This document shows, one piece after another, positions 30,132 through 40,397 of a DNA stretch of 64,000 nucleotides. Position 1 is the first letter of the stretch. The number at the start of each line of letters is the position of its first letter. The notes below the pieces were generated by a model. The model did not search any database. It saw only the letters and a list, made by a program, of their open reading frames with translations, and was not told the DNA's origin. The position numbers and the translations under genes are program-made. The DNA comes from Gracilimonas sp. GTDB taxonomy: Bacteria > Bacteroidota > Rhodothermia > Balneolales > Balneolaceae. The DNA lies in contig NZ_OZ245785.1 in NCBI RefSeq assembly GCF_965227785.1, positions 1,446,293-1,510,292 on the forward strand. Direction: 5' to 3'.

Positions 30132-31277
30132 CTGGCACATCCATTTGTACACCCGGTAGGTTTTGGCAATCTCACAACCCAATGCCTCCAGGCTTCGACG
30201 CATAATCCAGTTCTTTTCGCTGACAAACCCTCCCTCCAGTACTTTTAGATTCGGGTAATGTTTTTTTGTCCACCTGAAGCCTTCTATAAATACCAAAGCC
30301 TCTAACCCTCTTCCCCGAAAACGTGGGTCTGTCCCAAAAGCCAGAGGACGAAATTTTTGAGCTCTTTTTTTGAAACCAAGCAGATGGTAAAGCTGCCACC
30401 ACTTTAGCGTACCTCCGGTTTTAGCTGATATTTCATGTAAATCAGGTACGCTTACCAAAAATGAAGCCGGCTCTCCATTTACAAAAGCAATAGGTGAAGT
30501 TTCCGGCATTAGCACCGGCTTCAGCTTTTTGATCATTTGCCGGATCGTTTGCTGAGTGATACCGATGAACTCTTCTTCCCTTTCTCCAACTACCTGATCA
30601 CTGAAAGCCCGGTTGTAGATCTGACGAATCATCTCTCCGTCCCGCTGCAAGTTCTTCTTGTCAATAGGGCGGACTTCAACATGATCTTTTGATTTCAATC
30701 GTTCAGTAATTCTGAGCAAACGTTCCGGCAGAGCCTGCTCCAAATCCAGCTGATACATGTACACATCATCAAATTTTTCGGGATCGGTTTCTTCAATCAG
30801 CTCTTCGTAGTACTCCTGATGATATAGCATTCCATATACATTGTGATCTTCAAACCCGCTGATCTGAATTCCCCAAAAGGTGTCGTTCTCTCCAAAATTA
30901 ATGGGGCCCCGAAATCCTGCATAACCCCGTTCCCGATGCCACTTTCTTGCAAAACTGATCATTGATTCAGCAATGCCGGGAATATTTTCCATCTCTATAA
31001 AACCAACACCACCAAGCTTTGGATCATATCGCTCATCTTTTTCGGGATCAGCAAAAACCGCAAACCGGCCCACAGCATTGCCATTCTTCAAAACCAGAAA
31101 TCGCTCACATTCCCCTCCTTTCCGAAACCGTTCGTTTTTCTTACGACTGAATACATTTTCCACTTCAAACCGAAAAGGCGACCGATACCACTTGCTGTCT
31201 TTATACAGCCGTTCGGGAAGCCGGTGAAATTCGTCTATATGTTGTTGAGCTTCAATTTTTTGAATCTGAAAAGACAT
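30129..31277 (-). CDS. Uncharacterised GNAT-fold-like acyltransferase family protein (about 380 aa)
   Basis: Pattern LYKDSKWYRSPF...FLVLKNGNAVGRFAVF...GFIEM...FRGPINFGEND resembles a Bacteroidota acyltransferase-like family; recalled only. Confidence 0.55.
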   Translation of the reverse strand: MSFQIQKIEAQQHIDEFHRLPERLYKDSKWYRSPFRFEVENVFSRKKNERFRKGGECERFLVLKNGNAVGRFAVFADPEKDERYDPKLGGVGFIEMENIPGIAESMISFARKWHRERGYAGFRGPINFGENDTFWGIQISGFEDHNVYGMLYHQEYYEELIEETDPEKFDDVYMYQLDLEQALPERLLRITERLKSKDHVEVRPIDKKNLQRDGEMIRQIYNRAFSDQVVGEREEEFIGITQQTIRQMIKKLKPVLMPETSPIAFVNGEPASFLVSVPDLHEISAKTGGTLKWWQLYHLLGFKKRAQKFRPLAFGTDPRFRGRGLEALVFIEGFRWTKKHYPNLKVLEGGFVSEKNWIMRRSLEALGCEIAKTYRVYKWMCQ

Positions 31278-31349
31278 ATCTTTTTTTCAACAGAAGTTTA
31301 TAGATTCAGCCTAAGGTAAATCTAAGAAGTTAAGAACCCAACCCGGTTT

Positions 31350-31790
31350 ATGCTGGATAAGAAAAAAGGGAAGAAGTTAGTCACAGTTTTGCTGGTACTG
31401 TCATGTATAGTAAGCGGGATTATCCTTGCATCTTCACCTGATTACAAGAACTATCAAATTGAAAACACCCGTGAGCTCGACTCGCTTCTAAGTGTTCACA
31501 TTCAGGATGCTCAGATCAAGGCTGAGCAAATCAGAGTGTCGGGCATAAAAATCGATACCCTCTTTACCCGAAAGGCATATCGTATTGAAGTACCGTCAAG
31601 ATTTTCAAAAACACTTTTTCATGTAGGTTTGCATAAGGATTTGTTTAAATATGATATACAAGCCCCGGCCAAAGTGCATTTCCCTTCTCACGATATGGAT
31701 ATTTACATTTATAACCAGGGAACCGTTTTGAGAACCATCCGTTTAACCACTAATCCCGAACTTGACAGTTTAGCCACCCCGAAAGAGTAA
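31350..31790 (+). CDS. Hypothetical membrane-anchored protein
   Basis: N-terminal TM; abuts the next gene with a 1-nt gap, suggesting an operon. Confidence 0.55.
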   Translation: MLDKKKGKKLVTVLLVLSCIVSGIILASSPDYKNYQIENTRELDSLLSVHIQDAQIKAEQIRVSGIKIDTLFTRKAYRIEVPSRFSKTLFHVGLHKDLFKYDIQAPAKVHFPSHDMDIYIYNQGTVLRTIRLTTNPELDSLATPKE

Positions 31791-31791
31791 T

Positions 31792-32643
31792 ATGCCCGAC
31801 CGATCCACCATTTTAAAACGATTTGAGCTGAAGGAATTTCCGCAGCCCGACATGGTACAGCTAAAATACCCGGTATTTATGTGCCACGGTTACGGAGCTA
31901 TTGGTTCGGTAATTAAGTCAGGACCAATGCACGACCCATGTATGGATATTCGTGCACACGGAGTGCCGGCTATTGCCCCTAATGTTGTCCCTTATGCCCG
32001 CATCGAAACGCGGGCTGAAAACTGGGTGCTGCTGATCGAAAAATTTTGCAAAGAGTACGGTTGTGAAAAGGTGAATGTGGTTTCTCACAGCATGGGTGGA
32101 CTTGATATGCGTTGCGCCTTATCTAAACTGGACATAGCCCACCGGGTGGAAAGCCTCACTACCATTGCAACCCCACATCATGGTTCCAGTCTGGCTGACT
32201 TGGTGTTGAAAGCTCCTGAGTTAGTCACCGAGAAACTCAGTGAAATGTTCGATTGGTTTGGAGATAACATGTATCCCAAAACAAAAAGTGATGCCCTTGG
32301 CTCACTGGAACAACTTACCTGTGGTTATGTAACCGATGTTTTTAATCCGGATCACCCCGATGCCGAAGATGTGGATTACTATTCCTACTCAGCTGCTGTG
32401 GGCAAAGGAACCAAATTCTCCATCAACCCCATGCTAAAATTTCAGAATAACCAGATTTTTGACAAAGAAGGAGAAAACGACGCTTTTGTTGCTGTTGAAA
32501 GTGCTAAATGGGGAACACACCTCGAGACGGTTCCCCTTTCTCATTTGGCGCAAATGCATCTACAGATGAATAAGGAATCCCAAAAAATCTACGAAAAATT
32601 TTGGCTGAACTTGTTGAAAAGATTAGCTAAAAACGGGCATTAA
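31792..32643 (+). CDS. Alpha/beta hydrolase, lipase class 2-like
   Basis: Nucleophile elbow VSHSMGG and a TPHHGS segment. Confidence 0.7.
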   Translation: MPDRSTILKRFELKEFPQPDMVQLKYPVFMCHGYGAIGSVIKSGPMHDPCMDIRAHGVPAIAPNVVPYARIETRAENWVLLIEKFCKEYGCEKVNVVSHSMGGLDMRCALSKLDIAHRVESLTTIATPHHGSSLADLVLKAPELVTEKLSEMFDWFGDNMYPKTKSDALGSLEQLTCGYVTDVFNPDHPDAEDVDYYSYSAAVGKGTKFSINPMLKFQNNQIFDKEGENDAFVAVESAKWGTHLETVPLSHLAQMHLQMNKESQKIYEKFWLNLLKRLAKNGH

Positions 32644-32676
32644 TAAGTCTCGCAAATAGTAAACATTGTATCTGTA

Positions 32677-32820
32677 TTCTTCGACCTCTTCTGTCTTCTC
32701 CTTATCAAGGAGAAGGACTCGTTGAAAAAGATTTATTTCAAGATCAAGATTTGAAACATTAAGAGGCAAGGAAAATTTCTCTCCCTGTGAAGGAGTCCCG
32801 ATTATCGTGAAGAGAGGTCA
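32677..32820. repeat. Composite purine/pyrimidine-rich palindromic spacer (AAGGAGA-like units)
   Basis: Inner hairpin GTCTTCTCCTT-ATC-AAGGAGAAGGAC (32693-32718). Outer arms GACCTCTTC (32683-32691) and GAAGAGAGGTC (32809-32819) pair imperfectly. Confidence 0.55.
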
Positions 32821-32829
32821 AAAATGTGG

Positions 32830-33603
32830 CTAACCTTCCAAATCGCTGTCTTCCTGCTCCCCCAACAGATCATAAGCGGTAAGGTCATATTGGATTGGAG
32901 TAACCGAAGCAAGCCCTTCATTCAGTACGTGGATATCCGAATCTTTTCCTTCGTCCAGCAACTCAAATTTACCGGTCAGCCAGTAATAAGCTCTGTTAAA
33001 TGGGTCCGTCCGGCTCTCATATTCCTCAACATATCGGCTATCGGCCTGCCGTGTCCACTTAATGCCGGTAAACTCGCCCGCAGGAGCGTTTACATTCAAG
33101 GTAACTCCTCGTGGCAGTCCATTCTTCAGTACATGCTTTATTACGCGTCGTGCGGCTTCCTGACATCCGCGAAGATTGGCATCTTCATTAAATTCGGTAC
33201 AACTGACGGCAATGGATGGGTATCCCAAAATGGTCCCTTCCGTGGCAGCACTCACCGTTCCTGAATACATGATATTAATTCCGGCATTGCTCCCATGATT
33301 GATCCCGCTCACCACTAAATCCGGCTTCCGGTCTAAAAGCTGGCCGTGAGCCAGTTTCACACAATCAGCCGGGGTGCCGTTTACAGCTTCTCCCTCAAAT
33401 TTATCAGCAACGGTAAACTTACTGGAACGGAGAGGAACCTGAATGGTAATGGAATGCCCAACCGCACTTTGTTCTTTATCCGGTGCAACGATGTAAACAT
33501 CTCCGAATTCGGCTGCTACTTCAGCGAGTGCTTTAATACCGGGTGAAAAAATACCGTCGTCATTACTTACTAAAATAAAAGGTCGCTCTTTTGAATCGCT
33601 CAT
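32830..33603 (-). CDS. surE: 5'/3'-nucleotidase SurE
   Basis: [25 protein letters not shown] motifs. Confidence 0.9.
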   Translation of the reverse strand: MSDSKERPFILVSNDDGIFSPGIKALAEVAAEFGDVYIVAPDKEQSAVGHSITIQVPLRSSKFTVADKFEGEAVNGTPADCVKLAHGQLLDRKPDLVVSGINHGSNAGINIMYSGTVSAATEGTILGYPSIAVSCTEFNEDANLRGCQEAARRVIKHVLKNGLPRGVTLNVNAPAGEFTGIKWTRQADSRYVEEYESRTDPFNRAYYWLTGKFELLDEGKDSDIHVLNEGLASVTPIQYDLTAYDLLGEQEDSDLEG

Positions 33604-34430
33604 CCGCCGTACTGTTCTTCTTCGTTTGGAAAATCTTTGCTTTTAACGTCTTTAATGTAATTTTGAACCGCATCGGTCATCACGGAATTTAAATCTGCAT
33701 ATCTTCTCAGAAATCGAGGATTAAATTCTTTATTCAGACCGAGCATATCATGGATAACAAGAACCTGTCCATCGCAGCCGGCTCCTGCTCCTATCCCGAT
33801 TGTTGGAATTGATATTTCTTCCGTTACCCGTTTTGCAAGCTTAGCAGGAATTTTTTCCAATACGATGGAAAAACATCCGGCTTCCTCCAGTAACTTAGCA
33901 TCCCTGATCAGCTCTTCGGCCTCCTGTTCTTCAGTGGCACGAACTTTATACGTTCCGAATTTATAGATGCTTTGCGGGGTCAGTCCCAGATGGCCCATCA
34001 CAGGAATACCAGCTTCCACAATTTTCTTCACCGAGTTAATAATCGGTTTACCACCCTCCATCTTAATTGCATGAGCTCCGGCTTCTTTCATCATTCGTCC
34101 GGCACTGATCAAAGCCTCTTTGGTGGTAACCTGATAGCTCATAAAAGGCAGATCAGCTATTACCAAAGCACTGTCAACACCACGAACCACACAGGAGGTG
34201 TGATAGATCATATGGTCAAGGGTCATAGGAACCGTAGTTTCATGACCGGCCATCACATTACTGGCTGAGTCTCCAACCAAAATGATATCAATTCCCGCCT
34301 GGTCGATAATCTGAGCCATGGTGAAATCATAGGCGGTAAGCATGGAGATCTTCTCGCCTTTTCTCTTCATATCCACCACGGTTTGAGTGGTGATTTTTAC
34401 CGGGCGGTCTGAACTTTTTTGAGTGCTCAT
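33600..34430 (-). CDS. panB: 3-methyl-2-oxobutanoate hydroxymethyltransferase
   Basis: [26 protein letters not shown] motifs. Confidence 0.9.
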   Translation of the reverse strand: MSTQKSSDRPVKITTQTVVDMKRKGEKISMLTAYDFTMAQIIDQAGIDIILVGDSASNVMAGHETTVPMTLDHMIYHTSCVVRGVDSALVIADLPFMSYQVTTKEALISAGRMMKEAGAHAIKMEGGKPIINSVKKIVEAGIPVMGHLGLTPQSIYKFGTYKVRATEEQEAEELIRDAKLLEEAGCFSIVLEKIPAKLAKRVTEEISIPTIGIGAGAGCDGQVLVIHDMLGLNKEFNPRFLRRYADLNSVMTDAVQNYIKDVKSKDFPNEEEQYGG

Positions 34431-34864
34431 GCCTTATCCTTCGGCACCAATGCAGCCGATGCTTCCAGTTCGCAAGCTACTTCACCGTCTACGGTGGCCC
34501 TGCCTTTCATGGTTACAAAATTGCGGCGCATCGATCCCATTTCAACTTCCAAAATCAGCTGATCTCCGGGTACCACCTGTCGTCTGAACTTACAGTTGTT
34601 GATACCGGTGAACACCATCAGTGTCTTATCAGGATCTTCTGCTTTCTGAGTCATCAGCATGATAGCTCCGGCCTGAGCTAATGCTTCTACCTGTAATACA
34701 CCGGGCATGATAGGCTGACCCGGGAAGTGCCCGTTAAAAAACTCTTCGTTAGCCGTTACGTTTTTGAGGGCTTTGATTTTTTCTTCTTCAACTTCCAGCA
34801 CCCGGTCTACAAGTAAAAAAGGATATCGGTGAGGGAGAACTTTTTTAATGTCTTCTATTTTCAT
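34427..34864 (-). CDS. fabZ: 3-hydroxyacyl-ACP dehydratase FabZ
   Basis: [29 protein letters not shown]. Confidence 0.9.
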   Translation of the reverse strand: MKIEDIKKVLPHRYPFLLVDRVLEVEEEKIKALKNVTANEEFFNGHFPGQPIMPGVLQVEALAQAGAIMLMTQKAEDPDKTLMVFTGINNCKFRRQVVPGDQLILEVEMGSMRRNFVTMKGRATVDGEVACELEASAALVPKDKA

Positions 34865-34888
34865 AAAAATTGTTTGGTTTGTTAATCC

Positions 34889-34959
34889 GCCACGAAAACT
34901 CTAAATCACGAAATATTATAAAACCCTGTTATCTATTAGTGCTTTAAAGATTTAGTGGC
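34889..34959. repeat. GCCAC...GTGGC-bounded hairpin element, copy 2 (upstream of fabZ)
   Basis: The arm GCCACGAAAACTCTAAATCACGAAA (34889-34913) pairs with GATTTAGTGGC (34949-34959). Same asymmetric architecture as copy 1. Confidence 0.8.
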
Positions 34960-34983
34960 CTGAATGAATTTTAGAATATACAA

Positions 34984-35673
34984 TTATTGAACCACTCCTA
35001 CATAAACGTATGCGATGCCACCGGTTAGCTTTACGGCTCGTTTTTCTTTGAAGGCACCCGATTCATTCATCAGGGCTAAGAATTTATCGCCGGCGGGAAA
35101 TTCTGCACTGGTCCGTGGCAGGTAGGTATAAGCCTCCCGGTTTCCGCTCAGCCATCCGCCGATAGCCGGCATTATATGCTGGCTGTAAAGTTCATAAGGA
35201 TACTTCATAAGTCCTTTTGGCTGCCCGAACTCTAAGACCGTAACCCTTCCACCGGGTTTCACAACTCGCGCTAACTCTTTCAGAGCTATTACGGGATCGT
35301 CCACATTTCGGATGCCAAAGGCGATACTGGAAATATCAAATTTATCGTCTTCGTAGGGAAGATTCATTGCATCGGCTACTTCGAAATCGATTTTCAAGCC
35401 AGCTTTTTCTGCTTTTGCAGGAGCCGGCTCAATCATGGGTGCACAGAAATCGGTACCCAACACATAACCGGAATCTCCTACTGCCTTTTTAAACTCAATT
35501 GCTAAATCGCCGGTCCCGGTTGCACAATCCAGCACATGATCCCCTTCGTGAGCCCCACTCTCCAATACCGCTTTTTTTCTCCAGGCATGATGTACTCCGA
35601 ATGACAATACGCTGTTTACCCGATCATAATCATCGGCGATATCGGCGAACATGGATCTTACTTTTTCACTCAT
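34984..35673 (-). CDS. ubiE: Demethylmenaquinone/ubiquinone methyltransferase UbiE/MenG
   Basis: MFADIADDYDRVNSVLSFGVHHAWRK, LDCATGTGD SAM motif. Confidence 0.9.
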   Translation of the reverse strand: MSEKVRSMFADIADDYDRVNSVLSFGVHHAWRKKAVLESGAHEGDHVLDCATGTGDLAIEFKKAVGDSGYVLGTDFCAPMIEPAPAKAEKAGLKIDFEVADAMNLPYEDDKFDISSIAFGIRNVDDPVIALKELARVVKPGGRVTVLEFGQPKGLMKYPYELYSQHIMPAIGGWLSGNREAYTYLPRTSAEFPAGDKFLALMNESGAFKEKRAVKLTGGIAYVYVGVVQ

Positions 35674-35785
35674 AAAAATTGGTTGATTTTACTTTGGCTA
35701 TAAAACCCAAAGCAGACTGAAATGGTTCTTTTACAGATTTAGAATATAAGGAAATAATGCAACCGGGATGATAAGTTTAAACCAG

Positions 35786-36403
35786 TCAGACCAGCTCCAT
35801 AAGATGTTCTGTTTTATTGAGCTCCACCGCCTTAAACTCTCCACTGTGCCAGGTTAAGTGATTGATAGCTCCATTCTGATGTTCAATCTTATGCATGTTT
35901 TTCAACCCATACCCCAACCACTCAGATAATAATATGCGGGTGAGGCGCCCGTGAATCACAAACACAATACTTTCTTCGGCCGAAGATTCTAACACCTCTT
36001 CTACCTTACTGTTTGCCCTGGCGTAGGTTTGGCGTGGGGATTCACCATTTTCAGGAGCATAATCTACATTCCCGCTACTCCATTTCTCATGTACCTCCAT
36101 CACCTGATCCTTAATATCCGTGAATATCTTTCCTTCCAGAACACCGAAATCAATCTCGTCCAGTTCAGAATACTTTAGTACTTCCAGCTTTCTTTGGGAT
36201 GCCAAAGGTTGTGCTGTTTCATGGGTACGCCGTAATCCGCTGGCTACGATTTTATGGACTTCATAGGGTTCGAGAGCATCACAAATTGCCTCTGCCTGCA
36301 ATCGTCCCAACTCGTTGATTGAAGCATCCAGACTCCTCCCCTGAATAATATGCTGTTTATTGTTATCCGTCTCTCCGTGACGAATGATGAATAGTTGCTT
36401 CAT
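35786..36403 (-). CDS. Histidine phosphatase family protein
   Basis: IRHGETDNN catalytic RHG motif; a later H in VIHGRL. Confidence 0.8.
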   Translation of the reverse strand: MKQLFIIRHGETDNNKQHIIQGRSLDASINELGRLQAEAICDALEPYEVHKIVASGLRRTHETAQPLASQRKLEVLKYSELDEIDFGVLEGKIFTDIKDQVMEVHEKWSSGNVDYAPENGESPRQTYARANSKVEEVLESSAEESIVFVIHGRLTRILLSEWLGYGLKNMHKIEHQNGAINHLTWHSGEFKAVELNKTEHLMELV

Positions 36404-36436
36404 TTAACTAAGAATCGGTTTATGTCCGGAAACACT

Positions 36437-37423
36437 CTACTTCTTCAACTCCGGCTTAATAGTAATCTGTGGTTTCTCGAGGTGCTGAATAACCTGTTCG
36501 GTAGTGGAACCCAGTAACATGCGAGACAACCCGGTGCGACCGTGCGTGCTCATTACTACCAGATCTGCATTTTCATTAGCATAATCGATGATTTCGTGGT
36601 GAGCGGCAATGGATTTCAGAATTATGGTCTTGATTTCGATTCTTCTTTCTTCTCCACCCTCCAGGTGCAACAAGGTGTCTTTGAAATCACCGTCGCCATC
36701 TTCCACAGAAAAATTATACTCCTCGTAATCATCAAAAAAACTTTTTAAGCGGCCTTTTAATCCACCATAAACAGCTTCTTCATCTACACCTATGGTAGTA
36801 GGTTCAACGCCATGTACATCATGGGCATACATTTCGATTACATTTAGCAACTCCAGTTTAGCTCCGAATTTTTGTGCTACATCAAACGCTAAGGGAATGG
36901 CTGCAAGGGAGTGATTGGAAAAGTCACAAGGAACTACGATGGTATTAATATGATCGGATACCATTTTCTGTGATAGGGTAAGTACAGGAGTTTTGGAACG
37001 GCGAATTACTTTATCGGTGGCACTGCCGTGGAAAAAATCAGCAAAATGATCACCCTTCGCACTCATAATGACGAGATCATAGTTCCCTTTCTCAATCTGG
37101 CGCAGAATGGAGTCGGACGGCTTTCGATCAATATTTACGATATATTCACCGCGCTTGTCTTTCTTCTTGATATGCTCATTCGCAAAGGTACTGAGTTCCT
37201 TCCGCTGGTTTTCGATCAGTTTGGGATATACATCTTTATCCATGCTCAATGGAACCCCGATCTTATCAAAACTATCCCCTAAATATTTTGATAAGGGTAT
37301 AACATGCATTAAATCAACGGTACAGTCGAATCGGTCAATAAAAAGATCGGCTGATTTTAATGCCGCATTGGATTTCTCGGAAAGGTCGGTAGGGATTAAT
37401 ACGCGCTCAACATTCATAGCCAC
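36437..37423 (-). CDS. Tandem-domain universal stress protein
   Basis: Two Usp-like halves; C-terminal VMSTHGRTGLSRMLLGSTT ATP-binding motif. Confidence 0.75.
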   Translation of the reverse strand: MAMNVERVLIPTDLSEKSNAALKSADLFIDRFDCTVDLMHVIPLSKYLGDSFDKIGVPLSMDKDVYPKLIENQRKELSTFANEHIKKKDKRGEYIVNIDRKPSDSILRQIEKGNYDLVIMSAKGDHFADFFHGSATDKVIRRSKTPVLTLSQKMVSDHINTIVVPCDFSNHSLAAIPLAFDVAQKFGAKLELLNVIEMYAHDVHGVEPTTIGVDEEAVYGGLKGRLKSFFDDYEEYNFSVEDGDGDFKDTLLHLEGGEERRIEIKTIILKSIAAHHEIIDYANENADLVVMSTHGRTGLSRMLLGSTTEQVIQHLEKPQITIKPELKK

Positions 37424-37631
37424 TCCTATTTTATTGAATAACTAACTCTATTAATAAAATAAGTTAGCAGCCGGTAATGTTCCATCGTTCTATATTAAAT
37501 TTCAATGAAGGGAACTTATAGAACAATGAAGCCACTGTTGCTGAAGTGGATTCACGTTGTTCTGCGACGCATCAATCTCCCCGAATTAACCAGAATATTT
37601 CTTCCAAGCTTCCCAGAATAATCGGTAACTA

Positions 37632-38768
37632 CTATTTTTCGCGAAGCCGGTCCAGACCCCCAACCAATATCACTCCGACCAAAATTCCGATGATGCCTCC
37701 CCATACATTTGGATAATCACCGGGCTTGGCTCCAATCCAACCGGGTACATAAGGCTCCGTTTTGATAAGCTTATTCTTCACCGTCTCAATCTCTACCTGC
37801 TTCATTTCGTCGAAGGTAGACTCACTGTTCCTGATTTCACCGATGCGCTCATATTCCGGTAAATTAGTGTCGGGTGGATTTCCCATCAGCTGCTGCACCT
37901 TCGGGTGATTCATATACTCTACCTGAGTCACTTCAGCGTGCTGCACAAATTCCCGGTGTTGGTAGGGCCAAATCACATACAGCGAACCAATCAAAAAGCC
38001 GATTAGTACAGCTATGGTTTGGGAATGATACTTTGATAGCAGCCATGAAAGAAATCTCGAGAAAGCAGCCAAGCCAACAATAGCTCCTAACACAAAAGGC
38101 AGTAAGCCAATCAGCCCGTCCACAGTTTCCACGCCTCCCAGCTTCCCAATTTCGGAAAGCAGGTAGTCATACTTCCGCATTATGAGCAAAAGGTATGAAC
38201 CGGAGATACCCGGTAAAATCATAGCGCAAATCGCGATACAGCCGCTTAGAAACACAAAGGCCGGATGTTCAGGCGTATCTGCCGGAACCAGCGATACAAT
38301 CCAGATTCCAAAGGCCATTCCCAGAATAAGCATCAGCAGTTCTGTTTTGGTGAACCGCTCAAGAGCTTTGATTAAAATGTAGATGGAGCCTACAATCAAC
38401 CCGAAAAAGAGTCCATATACAATCTCGGGATGGGTAAACATATACACCTGCAGTGGCACCACTTTGGTGAAAAAGGCCAGCGCCGAAAAGATCCCCAAAA
38501 ACAAAAAAGCCAGAAAAAAGAGATGGATTTCTTTAAAAGCCGCTTTCCATTTCAGGGAAAAAAATAACTTCAGAAAGTTTCCATTCACACTTTTAATGGC
38601 ATTCAAAAGGCGCTCATAAATACCCACTATCAGCGCCATGGTTCCACCGCTTACACCCGGCACGATGTCTGCCGATCCCATCAAAAAGCCTTTTAAGGCT
38701 AAAAAGGGGGCTTCTTTAAAAGTGGTTGTGTCTTTGGGTGAAGTTGACGTTTGCTCCTGGTCAGTCAC
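37632..38768 (-). CDS. DUF368 membrane protein (polyprenyl-phosphate transporter PopT family), GTG start
   Basis: GFLMGSADIVPGVSGGTMAL and a second PGISGS repeat; multiple TMs. Confidence 0.8.
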   Translation of the reverse strand: MTDQEQTSTSPKDTTTFKEAPFLALKGFLMGSADIVPGVSGGTMALIVGIYERLLNAIKSVNGNFLKLFFSLKWKAAFKEIHLFFLAFLFLGIFSALAFFTKVVPLQVYMFTHPEIVYGLFFGLIVGSIYILIKALERFTKTELLMLILGMAFGIWIVSLVPADTPEHPAFVFLSGCIAICAMILPGISGSYLLLIMRKYDYLLSEIGKLGGVETVDGLIGLLPFVLGAIVGLAAFSRFLSWLLSKYHSQTIAVLIGFLIGSLYVIWPYQHREFVQHAEVTQVEYMNHPKVQQLMGNPPDTNLPEYERIGEIRNSESTFDEMKQVEIETVKNKLIKTEPYVPGWIGAKPGDYPNVWGGIIGILVGVILVGGLDRLREK

Positions 38769-39421
38769 TATGAGTCACCCCATCCTTTTTCGCCAATAAG
38801 TGGCACAAATTTAAAATCAGCCAGTTCTTCACGCTCATATTCATTTTCGGAAACCCGGGTAATGCGCAACATCATTTGCTTGGTGTCGTCTCCGACTGGA
38901 ATCACCAACCGGCCTCCAATGGCCAATTGCTGCACCAGGTCGTCCGGCACAACCGGCGCACCGGCAGTTACAACAATGCCGTCATAAGGTGCATAGGTGG
39001 ACCATCCCAGCGTTCCGTCTCCCACTTTGAGCATGGCTCGATAGCCTAATTCATGCAAGGCCTCTTTCGCGCGATGATAGAGCTCTTTATGCCGCTCTAC
39101 ACTGTAAACATCGGCTCCAAGTTCACACAATACCATACACTGGTAACCGGAACCCGTTCCGATTTCCAAAATCTTTTCGTCCTTTTCAATATTGAGTAAC
39201 TCAGTTTGGGCAGCTACCGTGAATGGCTGAGAGATGGTTTGGCCCATCCCAATTGGAAGGGCCGTGTCGTTGTATGCTTTGGTATGCAGGGCAGTGTCAA
39301 TCAATTTATGGCGGGGTATCTTCCCAATAGCCATTAACACACGCTCATCTTCGATGCCTTTCTTGCGTAGCATTTCTACCAACTGCCTTCTTGGCCGGAC
39401 AAATCTGCGATCTTCCTGCAA
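38768..39421 (-). CDS. pcm: Protein-L-isoaspartate O-methyltransferase (TTG start)
   Basis: IPRHKLI, QTISQPFTVA, EIGTGSGYQ. Confidence 0.9.
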   Translation of the reverse strand: MQEDRRFVRPRRQLVEMLRKKGIEDERVLMAIGKIPRHKLIDTALHTKAYNDTALPIGMGQTISQPFTVAAQTELLNIEKDEKILEIGTGSGYQCMVLCELGADVYSVERHKELYHRAKEALHELGYRAMLKVGDGTLGWSTYAPYDGIVVTAGAPVVPDDLVQQLAIGGRLVIPVGDDTKQMMLRITRVSENEYEREELADFKFVPLIGEKGWGDS

Positions 39422-39563
39422 ACTAACTTCCCTTTTTGTTCCCTGTTTTGTCTTTAATCAAGTATAGGCATTTGGTGTAAAAAATGAGTTAATAAATTAG
39501 CTTTTAGTTTCACTTTCCCGTCAGTGCTGTTATTTTCTGCTGAACTTTCTTTAACCTTACTTA

Positions 39564-40397
39564 ATGATCATCACATTACTGCAAAACCTGACATGGGGTA
39601 TCGACCCTGAAATCTTTTCCATTGGCCCTCTTGCCCCCCGCTGGTACGGATTGATGTTTGCCGGAGCTTTTGTTTCCGGTTATTTCTTTGGCGTGAGGTT
39701 ATGGAAAGACGGCGGCCGTAAAGTTGAGGAAATGGAAAGTATGCTCACATGGATTTTAGTGGGAACCGTAATTGGAGCTCGCCTCGGCCACGTTATTTTT
39801 TATGATCCCTCCTATTATCTGCGGAATTTAGATCAGGTGCTGGCTATTTGGAATGGCGGATTGGCAAGCCACGGTGCAGCTATCGGGATCATTGTAGCTA
39901 TGTATTACCAGTCTAAAAAAGCCCCGAAAATGAGTTTTTGGTGGCTGGCTGACCGGGTCGTAATTCCCACAGCCGTGGGCGGTGCCTTCATAAGAACCGG
40001 TAATTTCTTTAATTCTGAAATTTATGGGCATGCAACCGATGTATCATGGGGCGTTGTATTTACCAACCTGCCCGGACCTGCAGGTACCATTCCCCGCCAC
40101 CCGACCATGCTGTATGAGGCTATTCTCTGCTTGCTTGTGTTTGCCGTTCTTTGGTATATCTACAAAAAATATAAGGCGCACCCACCGGAAGGTTCCTTAT
40201 TTGGAATGTTCTTAATTATGCTTTTTTCCGGACGCTTCTTCCTGGAGTACACAAAGATTCCTCAAGCCAATTTTGCCAGCGAGTGGATCTTTAATATGGG
40301 GCAGTTACTCAGTATCCCCCTTGTGTTGATTGGTTTATACATTGTGCTTAAACGAGTAGACTGGAGCAGCTATTCGAAATCACCGGCAAATCCTTAA
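39564..40397 (+). CDS. lgt: Prolipoprotein diacylglyceryl transferase
   Basis: RWYGLMF, GGLASHGA, RHPTMLYEA motifs. Confidence 0.9.
   Translation: MIITLLQNLTWGIDPEIFSIGPLAPRWYGLMFAGAFVSGYFFGVRLWKDGGRKVEEMESMLTWILVGTVIGARLGHVIFYDPSYYLRNLDQVLAIWNGGLASHGAAIGIIVAMYYQSKKAPKMSFWWLADRVVIPTAVGGAFIRTGNFFNSEIYGHATDVSWGVVFTNLPGPAGTIPRHPTMLYEAILCLLVFAVLWYIYKKYKAHPPEGSLFGMFLIMLFSGRFFLEYTKIPQANFASEWIFNMGQLLSIPLVLIGLYIVLKRVDWSSYSKSPANP

Noticed and set aside
32824-33264. 146-aa plus-strand ORF overlapping surE
   Set aside because: It is antisense to surE, which has canonical SNDDGI and GINHGSN motifs.
34970-35748. Exact 11-mer TTTAGAATATA at 34970-34980 and 35738-35748, each just downstream of a minus-strand stop codon
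   Set aside because: In a 64-kb window, hundreds of 11-mer coincidences are expected by chance, and no extended similarity surrounds them.
37505-37621. 38-aa plus-strand ORF (MKGTYRTMKPLLLKWIHVVLRR...) in the usp/DUF368 spacer
   Set aside because: It has no family signature and lies in the probable usp promoter region, so it is likely spurious.
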